Shown piece by piece: positions 1 to 11,559 of a DNA stretch of 64,000 nt. Position 1 is the first letter of the stretch, and the number at the start of each line of letters is the position of its first letter. The stretch comes from Camelus ferus. Lineage: Eukaryota. A program made the position numbers and the translations under genes. Below the pieces are notes generated by a model, which was not told where the DNA came from, did not search any database, and saw only the letters and a list, made by a program, of their open reading frames with translations. The DNA is taken from NCBI RefSeq assembly GCF_009834535.1, contig NC_045696.1, positions 89,220,001 to 89,284,000 on the forward strand, in the 5' to 3' direction.

Positions 1-194
1 CTTGTCCTATCTCAGAGTTGCCATGAGAGCTGAAAATAATCAGGGAGAGCAAATGGGCTTCATCTCATCAGCCAGGTTTGACTAAATGATAGTACACGCT
101 TGGAAAGCTCTGCGGGGAAGAGTTTTGAGGCTTTATCCAAGCTTGTTTGATTAGCAACGTCTGCACTTGGATGGAGTGGTAGAATGCAAGCCAG

Positions 195-650
195 TGTAAC
201 CGAACAAGACCCTGTGGGGCCTTCCCAGGATGTCTAGACCCCTCCCCCATATCCTCTGCTGTAGCTTCTCTCTGAAGTACTCAGATAATAGTAGCTCCTG
301 CATATCTGCTGAGTTTTTCAGACGCTAAAAATCACCACCAAATGGTAGAAATTAACTACTTGATGGTCATGAGCACGTAACCCCCAGAACTTCTGGCACC
401 CAAGGATTGATCACCATCAACCAACCAGAGAATTGTGCACCGCTGGTCATGTACCCTGGGACACCCCTCCCTCTGCTGACCTTTACAAATACTCAGCTGA
501 ACCCCTTCAGAAGTTCAGGAGTTTTCTGGACATGAGCCACCAGTTCTCCTTGCTTGGCATTGCAGTAAACCTTTCTCTGCTCTAAACTCCGACGTTTTGG
601 TTTGTTTGGCCACACTGTGTGTCTGGCACATGAAGCTGCCCTCTGTAACA
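195..650 (+). mobile_element. ERV1-class solo LTR
   Basis: Starts TGTAAC at 195 and ends TAACA at 650. Has an AGTAAA poly(A)-signal variant followed by a U5-like CTTTCTCTGCTC tract. Flanks CCAG/CCGA could be an imperfect 4-bp TSD. Confidence 0.75.
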
Positions 651-744
651 CCGACTCCTGCCATCCCAGATTTATGGACTACCTAGCCCAACACCCACTC
701 TAAGTACTTTCTTCCCTGCCCATGTCCACTCTAAATACTGGAAA

Positions 745-1010
745 GTCTAAACATTTGCTTTCCTACACTTCCTTGCAGGTAAGGGTGGCCTGTAACACAG
801 TTCCTGTTTAGATATGTGTTTGCAGCGATGGCAGCCATTTTGTGACCAGGAGACAGCGTAAGAGAATCACTCGATGCTGCCTTTGACCTTGTGGAGCTGC
901 TATACCAGTGCCAGGAGCTGCCTATCTCCAGACATCTTGTCAGGGGAGAAAAATGCCCCATATTCAGTTCAGGTCTTGAAGCTTGGGATTTCTGTTACTT
1001 CCAGCTTACT
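745..1010 (+). mobile_element. Old ERVL LTR fragment (LTR16-like)
   Basis: Motifs GGCAGCCATTTTGTGACCA and GCTGCCTATCTCCAGACATCTTGT resemble LTR16/LTR33-type consensus. Confidence 0.55.
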
Positions 1011-1239
1011 TGTCTAATCTACCCCAGACCACACATCCGCCTTTCTAGGGGCAAACACAAATTGTCTTTGCTAAGCTTTCAGTACTCTTCTTTCTCATGC
1101 AACTTCCTACCATTGAGGGGTGTTCCCCTGTCCTTCTGGATTTGGAAATTATGACACTCTGCTTGCTGAGGCCCTAGAGAATTCCTCCTTCATCCACAGT
1201 ACTCTGTGACTATTAAAAGCCTGAGTGATGGAAAAAACA

Positions 1240-1395
1240 CGAACCAGAATGTCAGGAGGTGCAAATTCCAGCCCCAGCCCTGCCAGCACACACTCTGTGT
1301 ACTCAGGCAAGTCACTCGGCCACTCGGGACGTCAACTGCACATCTGAGAAATGAAGAGCTGGGTTAGAATATCTCCGAGGTCTCTTTTAGCTATA
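1240..1395 (+). mobile_element. MIR SINE
   Basis: Core-like AATTCCAGCCCCAGC..GGCAAGTCACT..CATCTGAGAAATGAAG. Confidence 0.65.
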
Positions 1396-1732
1396 ACTCC
1401 TGCGGATGCTGATGGAAATGGGTGCAAACACATCTTTTCCCTCTTGGTTTCAAGTTGATCTCTGAGTATCTGGTGTATTTTGATATTAATAAACTCCAAT
1501 AAATACACGTTGTCAGAATCCATTCTTGTTGGTGAAGTGTAACTCTTTCTTCATGCAGAGGCAATAGTTTTTTGGCAAGAAATACCCAAAGAGTCAGGAT
1601 GAGACAATCCTTGGATCAGACACAGAGCTCCATCTCAGAACCACTATTCTGACACATCTGTTTGCTTCTGTCCTGCCCTTTGCCTGCCTTGCATTTGATT
1701 TTTAAGCCATCCTCCAACGTGGTTGTGTTGTT

Positions 1733-1855
1733 TGTTTTATGAGGGGGAGGTAATTAGATTTCTTCACTGATTTCCGCTTAGAAGAGGTACTGGGGATTGA
1801 ACCCAGGACCTCCTGGGTGCTGAGCATGTTCTCCACCACTTGAGCTCCAGCCTCC
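1733..1855 (-). mobile_element. Camelid tRNA-Ala-derived SINE (vic-1 type)
   Basis: Reverse complement of the tRNA-Ala(AGC)-like head (GGGTTCAATCCCCAGTACCTC B-box region) plus a CTAATTACCTCCCCC tail. Confidence 0.9.
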
Positions 1856-2925
1856 AGCTTGGATTTGGGAAGCTCACCCATGTTTTGGATTTCTGCATGC
1901 CTGGTTTGTCCTGCTCCCTTCCACCCCCTACCTCCTTCCCCATTCTTTCTTTTATTTGTTTCTGATAACCCTCCCCCTCCTCCCCGCCCTTCCCTTGGTG
2001 CCCAGCACTCCTCATCCTGGAATTCACAGGGTGAGCTGGCTCTAACCACAGGCCCCAGGGGTGGATGGAAACCATGCTGTTGCCCCTATATTGAGGCTGA
2101 GCTCCCTCAGCTTCCCGCGAACCTCAGTGTCAGGAGCTCCTGTCCCCTCCTTGTTTAAGCGCAAGCACCGGCGTGCCAGTCATGTCAGCTTTCTCCCACC
2201 CAGGTTCCCAGGGGTGGCTAGTCCCGTGCCATCTGATCCATTCAGTAGCTGCCTTGTCAACATGCACCAGCCAAGGAAAGTCCTTTCTAAGTGTGCTTCC
2301 TGTGGACTTTGAAACTCAAGTTCTGTTAGGAACGCCAGTGATCCCAGCAATATGATCATATTCTACAGCAACCTCCTCTCAGGCTCATGCAGGGCCTCAG
2401 GCCGCGGGCTTCCACCTCGGAGGTGTGTGGGGGTGCTCCTCTCCTGACATTTAAACCCGTCCTGCTGTTGCCTGGCATGTTTCGGTTTGCCTATTTGCTA
2501 CTAGCCAAGGAAGAAAGCTGAGCTTAGGAAATCATAGACAAACAGGGGTAATGCATGATCCAATTTGTCCTGACAAAATTCACTTAGGGGATCATAAGTC
2601 TACGTGGCAGTCAAAGGACGGCAGACTTTGAGTGGGACGTTTCCCATCTTCCCGGGGCATGTACAGGAGACCTTGCTTCAGAATCGGGTTTGTAGCCTCT
2701 GCTCTGGTCCCGTGGGCTTCAGCTCATACTCACCTGCCTTGGCTTTCAGACAGTTGTGCCTGACTTCTAGCACTTGACTTCCCTTTAAACTGTGAATTAA
2801 CCCTTGGGTTTCTGATCTCCTCTGTTACCTTTAATAAGAGCATGCTCTTTTATGTGTGTGTACTTTGATCTCTCTCATTTTGTGGCTCTGATCATTTATA
2901 TTTTCATACTGTTGCCAGGTTTAAG

Positions 2926-2927
<2 letters not shown>

Positions 2928-2958
<31 letters not shown>

Positions 2959-3077
2959 ATATTGAGGGGAGGTAATTAAGTTTCTTTCTTTCTTTTTTAA
3001 TGGAGGTACTGGGAATAGAACCCAGGACTTCACGCATACTAAGCACACACTCTACCACTGAGCTATACCCTCCCCCC
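2928..3077 (-). mobile_element. Camelid tRNA-Ala-derived SINE (vic-1 type), full length with 30-nt poly(A)
   Basis: Head GGGTATAGCTCAGTGGTAGAG on the minus strand; T30 at 2928-2957. TSD-like pair CATACTGTTGCCAG (2905) / CATACTATTGCCAG (3077). Confidence 0.93.
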
Positions 3078-4779
3078 ATACTATTGCCAGTTTTTTTCCA
3101 GTGCTGTTTCCCTGGATTAGCCCTGCTCTCCATAACTCACGACCCAGGATAAAAGCTATGTGTGTACAATTACATATAGCATATAATAATACACATATAC
3201 TATATACCTGGACATGTAAATGTTCAATAGTAGACTAGTAAATATTCATCTCAGATGTCACTTACCATTTCAGAATATAATGTAACACATTATTCACATT
3301 AACTCAAACAAAAGGAAATTGTCTTTCCTCTAGCTTGCATTAGCTAAATCAATCTTGAAAAGTAGAAAACAAAACTGGAAGGAGTCCATTCCCACTTTTC
3401 TGGGTCCTCCTCAGCCGTCCCTTACCCCTCCCCTGCAGCATGCTCAGAATATCTGCACAGAAGAGGCGGAAGTTATTTATTAACACTGTGCATGATTATT
3501 AGAATAACTCGTGTGGAGTCTTCAAATGGATACTAAGTCTTGCTAAATATATCTGATGGAAACTTAAGAAAATTCAGAATGCAGTTACACAGCTGGTCCT
3601 TGGGGGTCAATTCTAAAAAGGCACATATTTAAAGACAAGGGGAATTTCTTTCTGGCCTGGAAACCTCCCATCTCTGGCTCTGAAACCATTTTAGAAGCAA
3701 GATGACTCTGCAAGTTGGAACCAAATGGAAGGGACGTGGAACATTCTGCTGTGAGCAAGAATTTCCTTTTAAGCTATGAAGAAAGGTGATTTCAGCACTT
3801 ACACAAAATTGTGACTTTCCTTTCCAAGATTAGGCGCTTTCTTCTGCTAACAAGTTAGATAATGTCCAAAAAGTGAACTAAATTACTTTTGACTTCATTA
3901 AATCTTGAAAAATACTGCAATAAAATCACATCAATGCTGTGGGTATTGTCCAAGTTCCCAGATTCTAGTCTTGGGTCTGCTGTCTAATGTCTCTATGAAT
4001 GTGTGTGGAAGGATAATAAGGATGATAATTTGAACCTAATAATATTTTTTGTCCTACAATAACTGGTTAATGTTTAAAATAATAAACATCTTCATATCTT
4101 GCTGCCAAAAATAGTGAAAACTCACCTCAATCCAGAGCAATGCATCAAAACCATAGCCCGAGTTGCTCTTCTTAATATGTGGTACATATTAAAAACCATA
4201 CATCTTGAATCTCTGAAATGTATAAAACCAATGATTACACTTGTAAGCCTGGAAAAATTCTGGACAATGATCTGACATAACAATAACAATGAAAAAGCAT
4301 TTGTTTTACAATGGACGGGTTTTCCAAACCAGAGTTTTAAGCAGTCACATTTCTCAGGCAGCAGGAATGCTATTGCCATGGATTTTCCAGAGAACATTTC
4401 ACTTCACCGTTATTTATAACTGAGCTCAGCCTCTTTCTATTATTTATATTTAAATATAGAAAAAAAATCTTTCCCCATTCCTCTTTCTTTGGATTCTTCA
4501 ACACCCACACAAATCCATGAGTCATAAATGAAACTATGGAAATGAATGGTGCCCATTGCACAAGAAAACTCTTTGGCTACCCCTGTGAATTTAGATAATT
4601 GTCAAAATAAGTTCAAATGGCAAATGAAACAATATTTTTGTGAATTCTGTTCAGAAAAAAAACCATATTATGAAGTTTGGCACATTGTCTTTATGTTCTA
4701 ATATAAAAGACAAATTTTTTTAATGCAAACGCATCCTTTTCTAGACTCTCACATACATACTGTAAAATTTGTAAAACTA

Positions 4780-4970
4780 GGCAGAAAGGGATAGTGGGAA
4801 CCCAGCTTCTAATCTCAGCTCTCTGCTTCCTAGGTGAGTGATTTAACCATGATCATGTGGGAAACTGACATAATGATGTCTCTCTTGCCTCCTCTGCAGG
4901 GTTGCTAAGAGGGTCGAATACAATAAAATATGTAGAAATGTTTCATCATAATTTTAAGATACGTTTATTA
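4780..4970 (+). mobile_element. MIR SINE fragment
   Basis: Degenerate MIR core: TTCTAATCTCAGCTCTCT..CCTCTGCAGGGTTGCTAAGAG. Confidence 0.5.
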
Positions 4971-5529
4971 CTGTTGCTTCAGCTAAATTAATTGTATAGG
5001 CAGAAGAATGACGAGGCAGTAGAATGAACTGACAGGCAGATTATGAATTTGCTGCTGCTAAACTCAATCCCCAAGGATCTGACAATGAATTTGGTCCTGT
5101 AATAGAAAAAGACATAATTGATCACCACAAGTCAAGTCCAATTCAACCTAAGTGATCCAATGATGAGTAAGTAACAAACATTCAGCACAAAGGAATCTAT
5201 TGCTTTTGCAGCTGAACTCAGTTTACTTCTATCCAGGGGTGAGCTGCCCCTGCAAAACTCCATCTCAATGAGTCTGCATCTTACAAAGTCTTACAAGTGA
5301 TATTCCATAATCTGCACAATAATAGCTGTGTTTTAGAGATGAAGAAATTGGTGTCTTCAGATAACTTACTTAACTATGTATTAAAATTTGGTCAGAGTTC
5401 TTATTGTATTTTACTTTTATTGTATTTGGACAAAAGTGGTTAGAGTGAATTTCATTTTTAAAAAACACGCTGGCTTAGATATGGTTTACCAAATGTAGGG
5501 GAAAAGGTGTAAAACATGAACATTTTTTT

Positions 5530-6050
5530 CGGTGGGTGATAATATACATGGTAAATGTTTCAACAGTATTAGAGAATATGTGCTGAAAAGTTAGCATCCC
5601 TACCAGGGCAAACCCTCCAGTACCAATTTCCCTTCCCTAGAAGAACATGCTCTTACCAATATGGTGTATCTGTGCTTAGATACTTAAGCATAGATAGCAT
5701 TTATGTATATATTCTTTTTTTTTAATTGCAATCCCATCAGTTATAATGTATCAGTTTCTGGTGTACAGCACAATGTCCCAGTCACATACATATATTCTTT
5801 TAAAAACAAAATACAAAGGGTAGCATAATAATACATTGTTCTGCATATTTTTTTTACTTAACAATATATCTTGTAGGTAGCTCCACACCAATTCCTACAG
5901 ATTTTGCTCTATATATGTAATAACTGCGTAGTAATTTATTCTATGTTTGGATGTATAATAATTTATTCAACCAGTGCTCTATTTATGAACAATATTTTGT
6001 TGCTACATACAAGCTGAAATCCTTGTACATACATCCATCTGCATAATATT
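5530..6050 (-). mobile_element. Old L1M 3' fragment with a short young L1 3' end (about 5714-5800) inserted
   Basis: L1ME-like TTACTTAACAATATATCTTG motifs. The inner segment TCAGTTTCTGGTGTACAGCA matches the young L1 3' ends elsewhere in the window. Confidence 0.6.
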
Positions 6051-6591
6051 TTAAAAGGGAAGGATGAGTTGATAATTTCAGATTTCATGAAATACAAATA
6101 CATCGTAAGTAAAATAGAAAAAAGGCATTACCCATAAATGTTGTAAGACTGGGAAAAACTTCTGAATTGCTTTTTAGCCAAATGAGGAAAACAGGATTGA
6201 ATGTCAGAGTTTAAGTAAATTTGACCCTACGTGGATTACCATTTGGATGTCACGTCTGACCACCCCAGAGTAAATTATTCTGCAGCCAGCTTCAAGTGAA
6301 ACTCTAGTGTTTAGACAAAAGCAAACTTCCCGTAAAAAGTAAGCAAAACAAGGTCACCTCCTGTAAGCAGAGGGGAAGTATGTAAGAAGATGATACTCAG
6401 CTTTGCTAAATGAGAAACAAACTTGGAATTTTGCTATTTGGACTTGCTTCTGGGGCCGTTCTGTAGCAAGTCTCAGAACATAATTTTACAAAAACGATAC
6501 CATGCCTGTCATTTTCTCTGAAGTGGCTCAAATACTAGCAGGAAGGTGAACTTAAAGCTGATAACCTGAGACTTGTGGGGGACTCTTGCAT

Positions 6592-7000
6592 TTTTTTTAA
6601 AGCGATTTTATTGAGATGTAATTTACAAGCTGTAACATTCACCCATGTTAAGTGTACATTTCAATGACTTTTAGTAAATTTAGCAAGTTATGGAACCATC
6701 ACCACAATCCAGTCTTAGTCCATTTTCTTCACCTCAGTGAGATCTCTCGTGCCTGCTTACAGTTAATTCCCCATCCCACACAAGCCCCAGGCAGGCATCC
6801 ATCTACTTCTGTTCTCCAGAGATTTGTCTATTCTAGACATTTAATATAAATGGGATCATATACTATGGGGTCTTTTGCAACTGGCTTCTTTCACTTAGCA
6901 CAGTGTTTTTGAGGTTCATTCACATTGGAGCATTATCAGTTTTTTCATCCCTTTTTAGTACTGAATAGTATTCCACCATGTAAATGCACATATGCATTTT
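6592..7000 (-). mobile_element. L1MB-like 3' end
   Basis: TTTATTGAGATGTAATTTACA..CATCACCACAATCCAG..GGCTTCTTTCACTTAGCA, typical of L1MB 3' UTR in antisense. Confidence 0.8.
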
Positions 7001-7552
7001 GTTGCATGCTGGTTCTTGCACTGTTAGGGAAGATGAATAGCTTTTGCCTATGAATGACTCTGGTCCTCATTCATTAAGACCGCATATCTCAGCATTTCTG
7101 TTTTCAGACTATTCCATCTGCTAGTGAAAAGTAAACATTAAGAAAACCTGGGTTCACTTTGGAGGAATAGATTCAGGATAATTTTTATCCTTGTTTTCAA
7201 AACTGCCTTTCCATTCACTGATGTCTTAGTTGGGAACTTTGGCAAGGGAGAGGCCTTCTTCTGTAAAGAGCCCACTAAAGACTTGAGAATAAAATGTCTT
7301 TTCCTAGATTTTAAAAACTAGAAGCTTTGTATCTGTAATAAGGTATCAAAATTATTGAGACAATGTTGTCTTAAAATATGATACCTAGCTATTTTACAAA
7401 CTACTTGAATCATTCTCTCTCAACCTTACTTTATCAATTTATCCCCTCTCTCTTCTTTGGCTTAATAGAGTGATGAACTCGGCTCCATGTGAGAGCAAAA
7501 ATGAAGCAAGTGTGGTCAGTTACAAAAAGAACGGTGATAAGATTTATGCTTA

Positions 7553-7631
7553 GCGGTATACAGGTATAGCTCAGTGGTAGAGTGCATGCACGAGGACCTG
7601 GGTTCAATTCCCAGTACCTCCATTAAAAAAA
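7553..7631 (+). mobile_element. Camelid tRNA-Ala-derived SINE, 9-bp internal deletion
   Basis: GGTATAGCTCAGTGGTAGAGTGCATGCACGAGGACCTGGGTTCAATTCCCAGTACCTCCATTAAAA; lacks TTAGCATGC of the anticodon arm. Confidence 0.9.
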
Positions 7632-8160
7632 TTGTGCCCATGTATAAACTGGGAATTAAAATGAGTTGTGGGCTGGTCTCAGGTCCTCATTCTTTTCCAT
7701 TTTGAGGTCTGGCACTGAAGTTGGAGTTGAGAAAAGGTGGATTTTACTCTTGGTTTTGTCGCAGAATCACCTTGAGAAATTAGCATAATGATTTTGCATC
7801 TGAATTTTTGCTTTTGTGAAATAGGGTTGGCCGTTCAGGGGCCATGTGAGTGGCGGCTTCTTGGCTTCCAGGAGACGTGGACATAGCCCTCTCAATGAGA
7901 TAGGTAGAAGAGGGGCTACTTCCCCAGGGTCCCCATTCTCTGCATGTCAGGTCCATTTTTCTGGTGGCATGGTTGACATGGAGACAGAATGAAGAGGGCA
8001 TGATGACAAGTACCCATAGGACTGAGACCCTCCAAGGCATTATCAACACACCCAATATTGGTCTTAGCCACTCTCTAAGATCAGGGGCAGCCAGGCTGAC
8101 CAATGCTCCCTCTTATCTATGGCTTTATCAGCGGCCTCAGTTTCCCTTGCATTTTCAGCA

Positions 8161-8313
8161 TTTTTTAAGGTTTGTTTATTTAATGGAGATAGTGAGGATT
8201 TATTTACTTAATGGAGATAGTGAGGATTTATTTATTTAATGCAGATAGTGAGGATTGAACCCAGGACCTTATGCATGCTAGGCACGCACTCTACCACTGA
8301 GCTACATCCTCCT
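8161..8313 (-). mobile_element. Camelid tRNA-Ala-derived SINE with 28-bp triplication
   Basis: Minus-strand SINE head. The unit TAATG(G/C)AGATAGTGAGGATT recurs at 8181, 8209 and 8237. Confidence 0.88.
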
Positions 8314-9089
8314 ACCCCTGCATTGTTTATCTGTTATCAGCCTTTCCTCTTTGGTGGGTACATTGTTTACCTAGCTTTTCAGGAAGAGATGTATTTGCTT
8401 AAAAATGGATTGTACTCATTATTCCAGTTAATTCCAGGATGACCTTCTTTGCTAGTGGGTGCAAGACATCCCAGGTTCTAGTTCCACTGTGTCACTTACT
8501 AGTGGCCTCCTTTTCTGAAAAACCTGCTTCCTAAAGGTTTTGGAAAGGGCAGACACACAATATGGTGTAAAAGTGAAAGACTAAAATTTGTGGATTGCTG
8601 TTAAAATGTCAGCTATTCTAGTGATTATTTATCTTATCTCTGTTGTTTTTGTGGCTCTGTAGGTTCCGAGCCTGATGGGAAGTGAGTTCTCTAAAGATGA
8701 ATTGCACTTAATGTCTCCTGTTTTTTCCACAGCCAAACCAGTGCGATTTCGTAACGATCCTAATTCCTTTCATTGGCTTAATGGCCACATTTCCTACCGT
8801 GGATAGAGACTCGGGGGATGGTTGTTTTTTTATGGATTTTTCCCTTTGGCCGTATTTCCAAGTTGAATGCCTCTTATGCTTTTGTGAGAGTTCTCTCAAG
8901 GAAGACTTCTGATGTCCCTGCTCGCCAATGTCCTGTTGGCAGGAGAATGAGCTGAGAGCCAGCCAGTCATAAAACTGCTGCCAGGAAATGAGGCAGCAGT
9001 TAACAGACTGGAGGATTAGAACCCTGCTCAGGCTGTAGCATTCCCTGCTCCATTTCTGACTTAAACAACCCATTGTTGTCTTCTGATAT

Positions 9090-9540
9090 CAAAAGTGAAT
9101 AGCTGCTTGTAAGTAATTCAAACAATCCAGAAACGTATAATTTAGGAAGTCAAAGCCGCCTGTTATTCCTTCCACACAATGACTGTTAAGGATTTGTTGA
9201 TTATTTCTCTAGATAATAATTATTTTTCCTATGCATATATTAATATTTGCGTTAGTTTTCAGAAGTAGAATAAAATTAAGATACAGAGTTCTGCATCTTG
9301 CTTTTTAACTTAACATTCCATATGAGAATTTTTTCTTATCTTTAAATCCATCTCATTTTTATTTAGAGCTGTACAGTGTTGAATGGATGTACTACACTTA
9401 AACTAAACTCCTACCAAAGGATATTTGGATTGTTTCTAATATTTCAATATTATAAAAAGCATTGTAACAAATATTTTTGTTCAGATGTCTTTGCAGGCTT
9501 GTACAAGTGTTTTAGTTGTATGCATTCCTAGACATTTCTG
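9090..9540 (-). mobile_element. Old L1ME-like fragment
   Basis: GGATATTTGGATTGTTTCTAATATTT..ATTATAAAAAGCATTGTAACAAATAT, an L1ME-type antisense motif. Confidence 0.55.
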
Positions 9541-9879
9541 CCTACTTATGAATAATGGTACATTTTTAACTGCAAAATGAGACAAGTCAGTTGCATTTTA
9601 TTATAAGGTAATAACTGGTGAATGAAGGAAATTTGGTCCAACGAAAGTATGTCAATAAAACGCGTGGATCATTTTTCAAGCCTCTCGCCAGCTCCCTTGG
9701 TGGTGGCGGATGTAACAATTTCTAACTTCACTGTCTGACTTCCTGGATTCCTTGTTAATAAGGGAAATGGATCTGAGATAACAGACGGAGCTGGTCCCGG
9801 ACCTGGTATGCTTCCACTCACTATCAGAGTAGAGAGTCAACAGTCCACTCACTATTAGAGAGTCAATGTGGCTTAGCAG

Positions 9880-10075
9880 ATGGGAAGCGGGACTGTGGCC
9901 AGCCTGACTCATCTCACATCCTAGCTCTGCTATGTGCTCACCTTAGTGTTCTCATTTGTGAAACCAGAGGCGATGATAACGCTGCTTCGTAAGATGAGAT
10001 GGATATTCACTGAATTAATACCTATGAAGCACTTAGAGCCGTACTGGACACGATAAGCATCTGATACATGGTAAC
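9880..10075 (+). mobile_element. MIR SINE
   Basis: CCTAGCTCTGC..TTCTCATTTGTGAAA..AAGCACTTAGAGCCGTACTGGACACGATAAGCA. Confidence 0.7.
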
Positions 10076-10109
10076 TATCAATGTGATTAGTACCAAAAAT
10101 AGTAGCTAG

Positions 10110-10290
10110 CCGTTTATTGAGCATATATTCTGTTCTACGAATGGAGTAGTCATCTTACCTATATTGTCTACTTGAATCCTCACAAAGCTCTAAAAGCTAG
10201 GTTTTACCACCCCTACTTTGCAGATGAGGAAATTGAGACTTTGAAAAGTTTAAGTAATCTGCTTGTTTCTTTCCACCAGTCAGTGGAGGA
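10110..10290 (-). mobile_element. MIR SINE
   Basis: TTTATTGAGCA..AATCCTCACAA..CTTTGCAGATGAGGAAATTGAGACT. Confidence 0.75.
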
Positions 10291-10869
10291 GTCTGGTGGA
10301 TGAGAGCATCCCCTGTATGTAGTGTGGTCCAGGGCTTGTGTATGAGGGAGGCAAGAAGAAGTTTCCACACTAAATTCTCCGGGGCCACCAGTGACATATT
10401 CAGAGACAGGAACAGAAACCATGGTCTTCCTCTTGGAGCTATTGATGAAGAGTGCTAATAATAAACTGTAGCCCCAATTATTTAGGAGAAAGCCCTATTT
10501 GTGTATGATGTTTATGATGTGGGCTATAATGAAAATGAATCTTACAAAGTGAGAGTGCAAATTTGTCTCTCCTTGTTTTTGTTGAGTGTTTCCTCAGACT
10601 GGAGTGATAGCCCTTGTCTCTCTCAGAATCCTTCACTTCAGTTCCTCATCTTTGAAAGATGCCACCTGCTTTGGGAAGCCTCACTGTTGAGAATGTGCTG
10701 CTTCTTCCTCAAAGTTCTTGTACTTTCATGAAGTTCGTGTGGTGGTGTTCGTGTGCTGGTGTTTGTGCTGCTGGTGAGTGCTTCACTCACCTGTCTCCCA
10801 TCCTTGGACTTGATCATCTTGAGGAAAGAATCCATCACTCACCATCTTTATTAAGCCTCTACTCAATGC

Positions 10870-11340
10870 TGGTCCATTTGTGCACTAGATCCTGCCTCCT
10901 CCTGGATATTCAAAGACTTTGCTCTTGCAATTGTCTTTTTTCTCTCCCACACCATGATTTCTCCCCTCTGTGTGGGAGCACCACCATCAGGTTCCAAGCA
11001 TGCTACAGTATCTCTCATGTCAAAAACAAAACAAAACAAAAACAAAAAAAAATTTCCTTTGCATCAAGTTTAGCTCTAGACATAGCTCCATTTCTCTGCT
11101 CTGCTTTGTTGAAGTGCCCCTCAGAAGTGATGTCTGTACTGATGTCTCACTTTCTCACCTCCCCATCCCAGTCCCTCTCCAATCAAATTAGTCTTTCGTC
11201 CCCATCGCCCTCTGAAACCACTGTGGCCCCAGTCACCAATGACTCCATCTTGGTCTGTTCTTGACCCTCATCTTCCTGGACTTCAGCCACACTGGGTACA
11301 GTTGACCGCTTCTTTCTTCTGGAAAGACTTTTCTGAATTT
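10870..11340 (+). mobile_element. L2 LINE ORF2 (reverse transcriptase) remnant
   Basis: Broken translation FRPH/SETTVAPVTND...LIFLDFS/TVDR matches the CR1/L2 RT motifs GFRPxHSTETALxxVTND and LLDLSAAFDTVDH. Confidence 0.8.
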
Positions 11341-11559
11341 TTACAAGGCCATCTATCTTATCAGACAGTTTTCATTTTTTTTTTCAGCTATACATGTTAA
11401 ATCTTTTCCTCACAATTCCTTGCCCTCCCACAGTTTGTGTGTCATTCATCTTCACATTCTCTTTGGTCCTAGAGCACAATGTCTAGTATGAGGAAGATCG
11501 TATGCCTCTCTATGGAGTTACTTCATATATACATGAAAAAATATATATGCAGGTGTATT

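Noticed and set aside
8173..8256. CRISPR-like or other prokaryotic array
   Set aside because: Units are contiguous without spacers and lie within a mammalian SINE; nothing prokaryotic is evident in the window.
8663..8750. Pair of plus-strand microexons
   Set aside because: The implied intron (8682-8732) is only 51 nt, too short for a typical mammalian intron; no recognisable peptide.
9685..9710. CTCF-like motif
   Set aside because: Several mismatches at high-information core positions.
10659..11264. 201-aa ORF as a protein-coding gene
   Set aside because: Runs through a (CAAAA)n/A-rich tract and a frameshifted L2 remnant; no recognisable domain.
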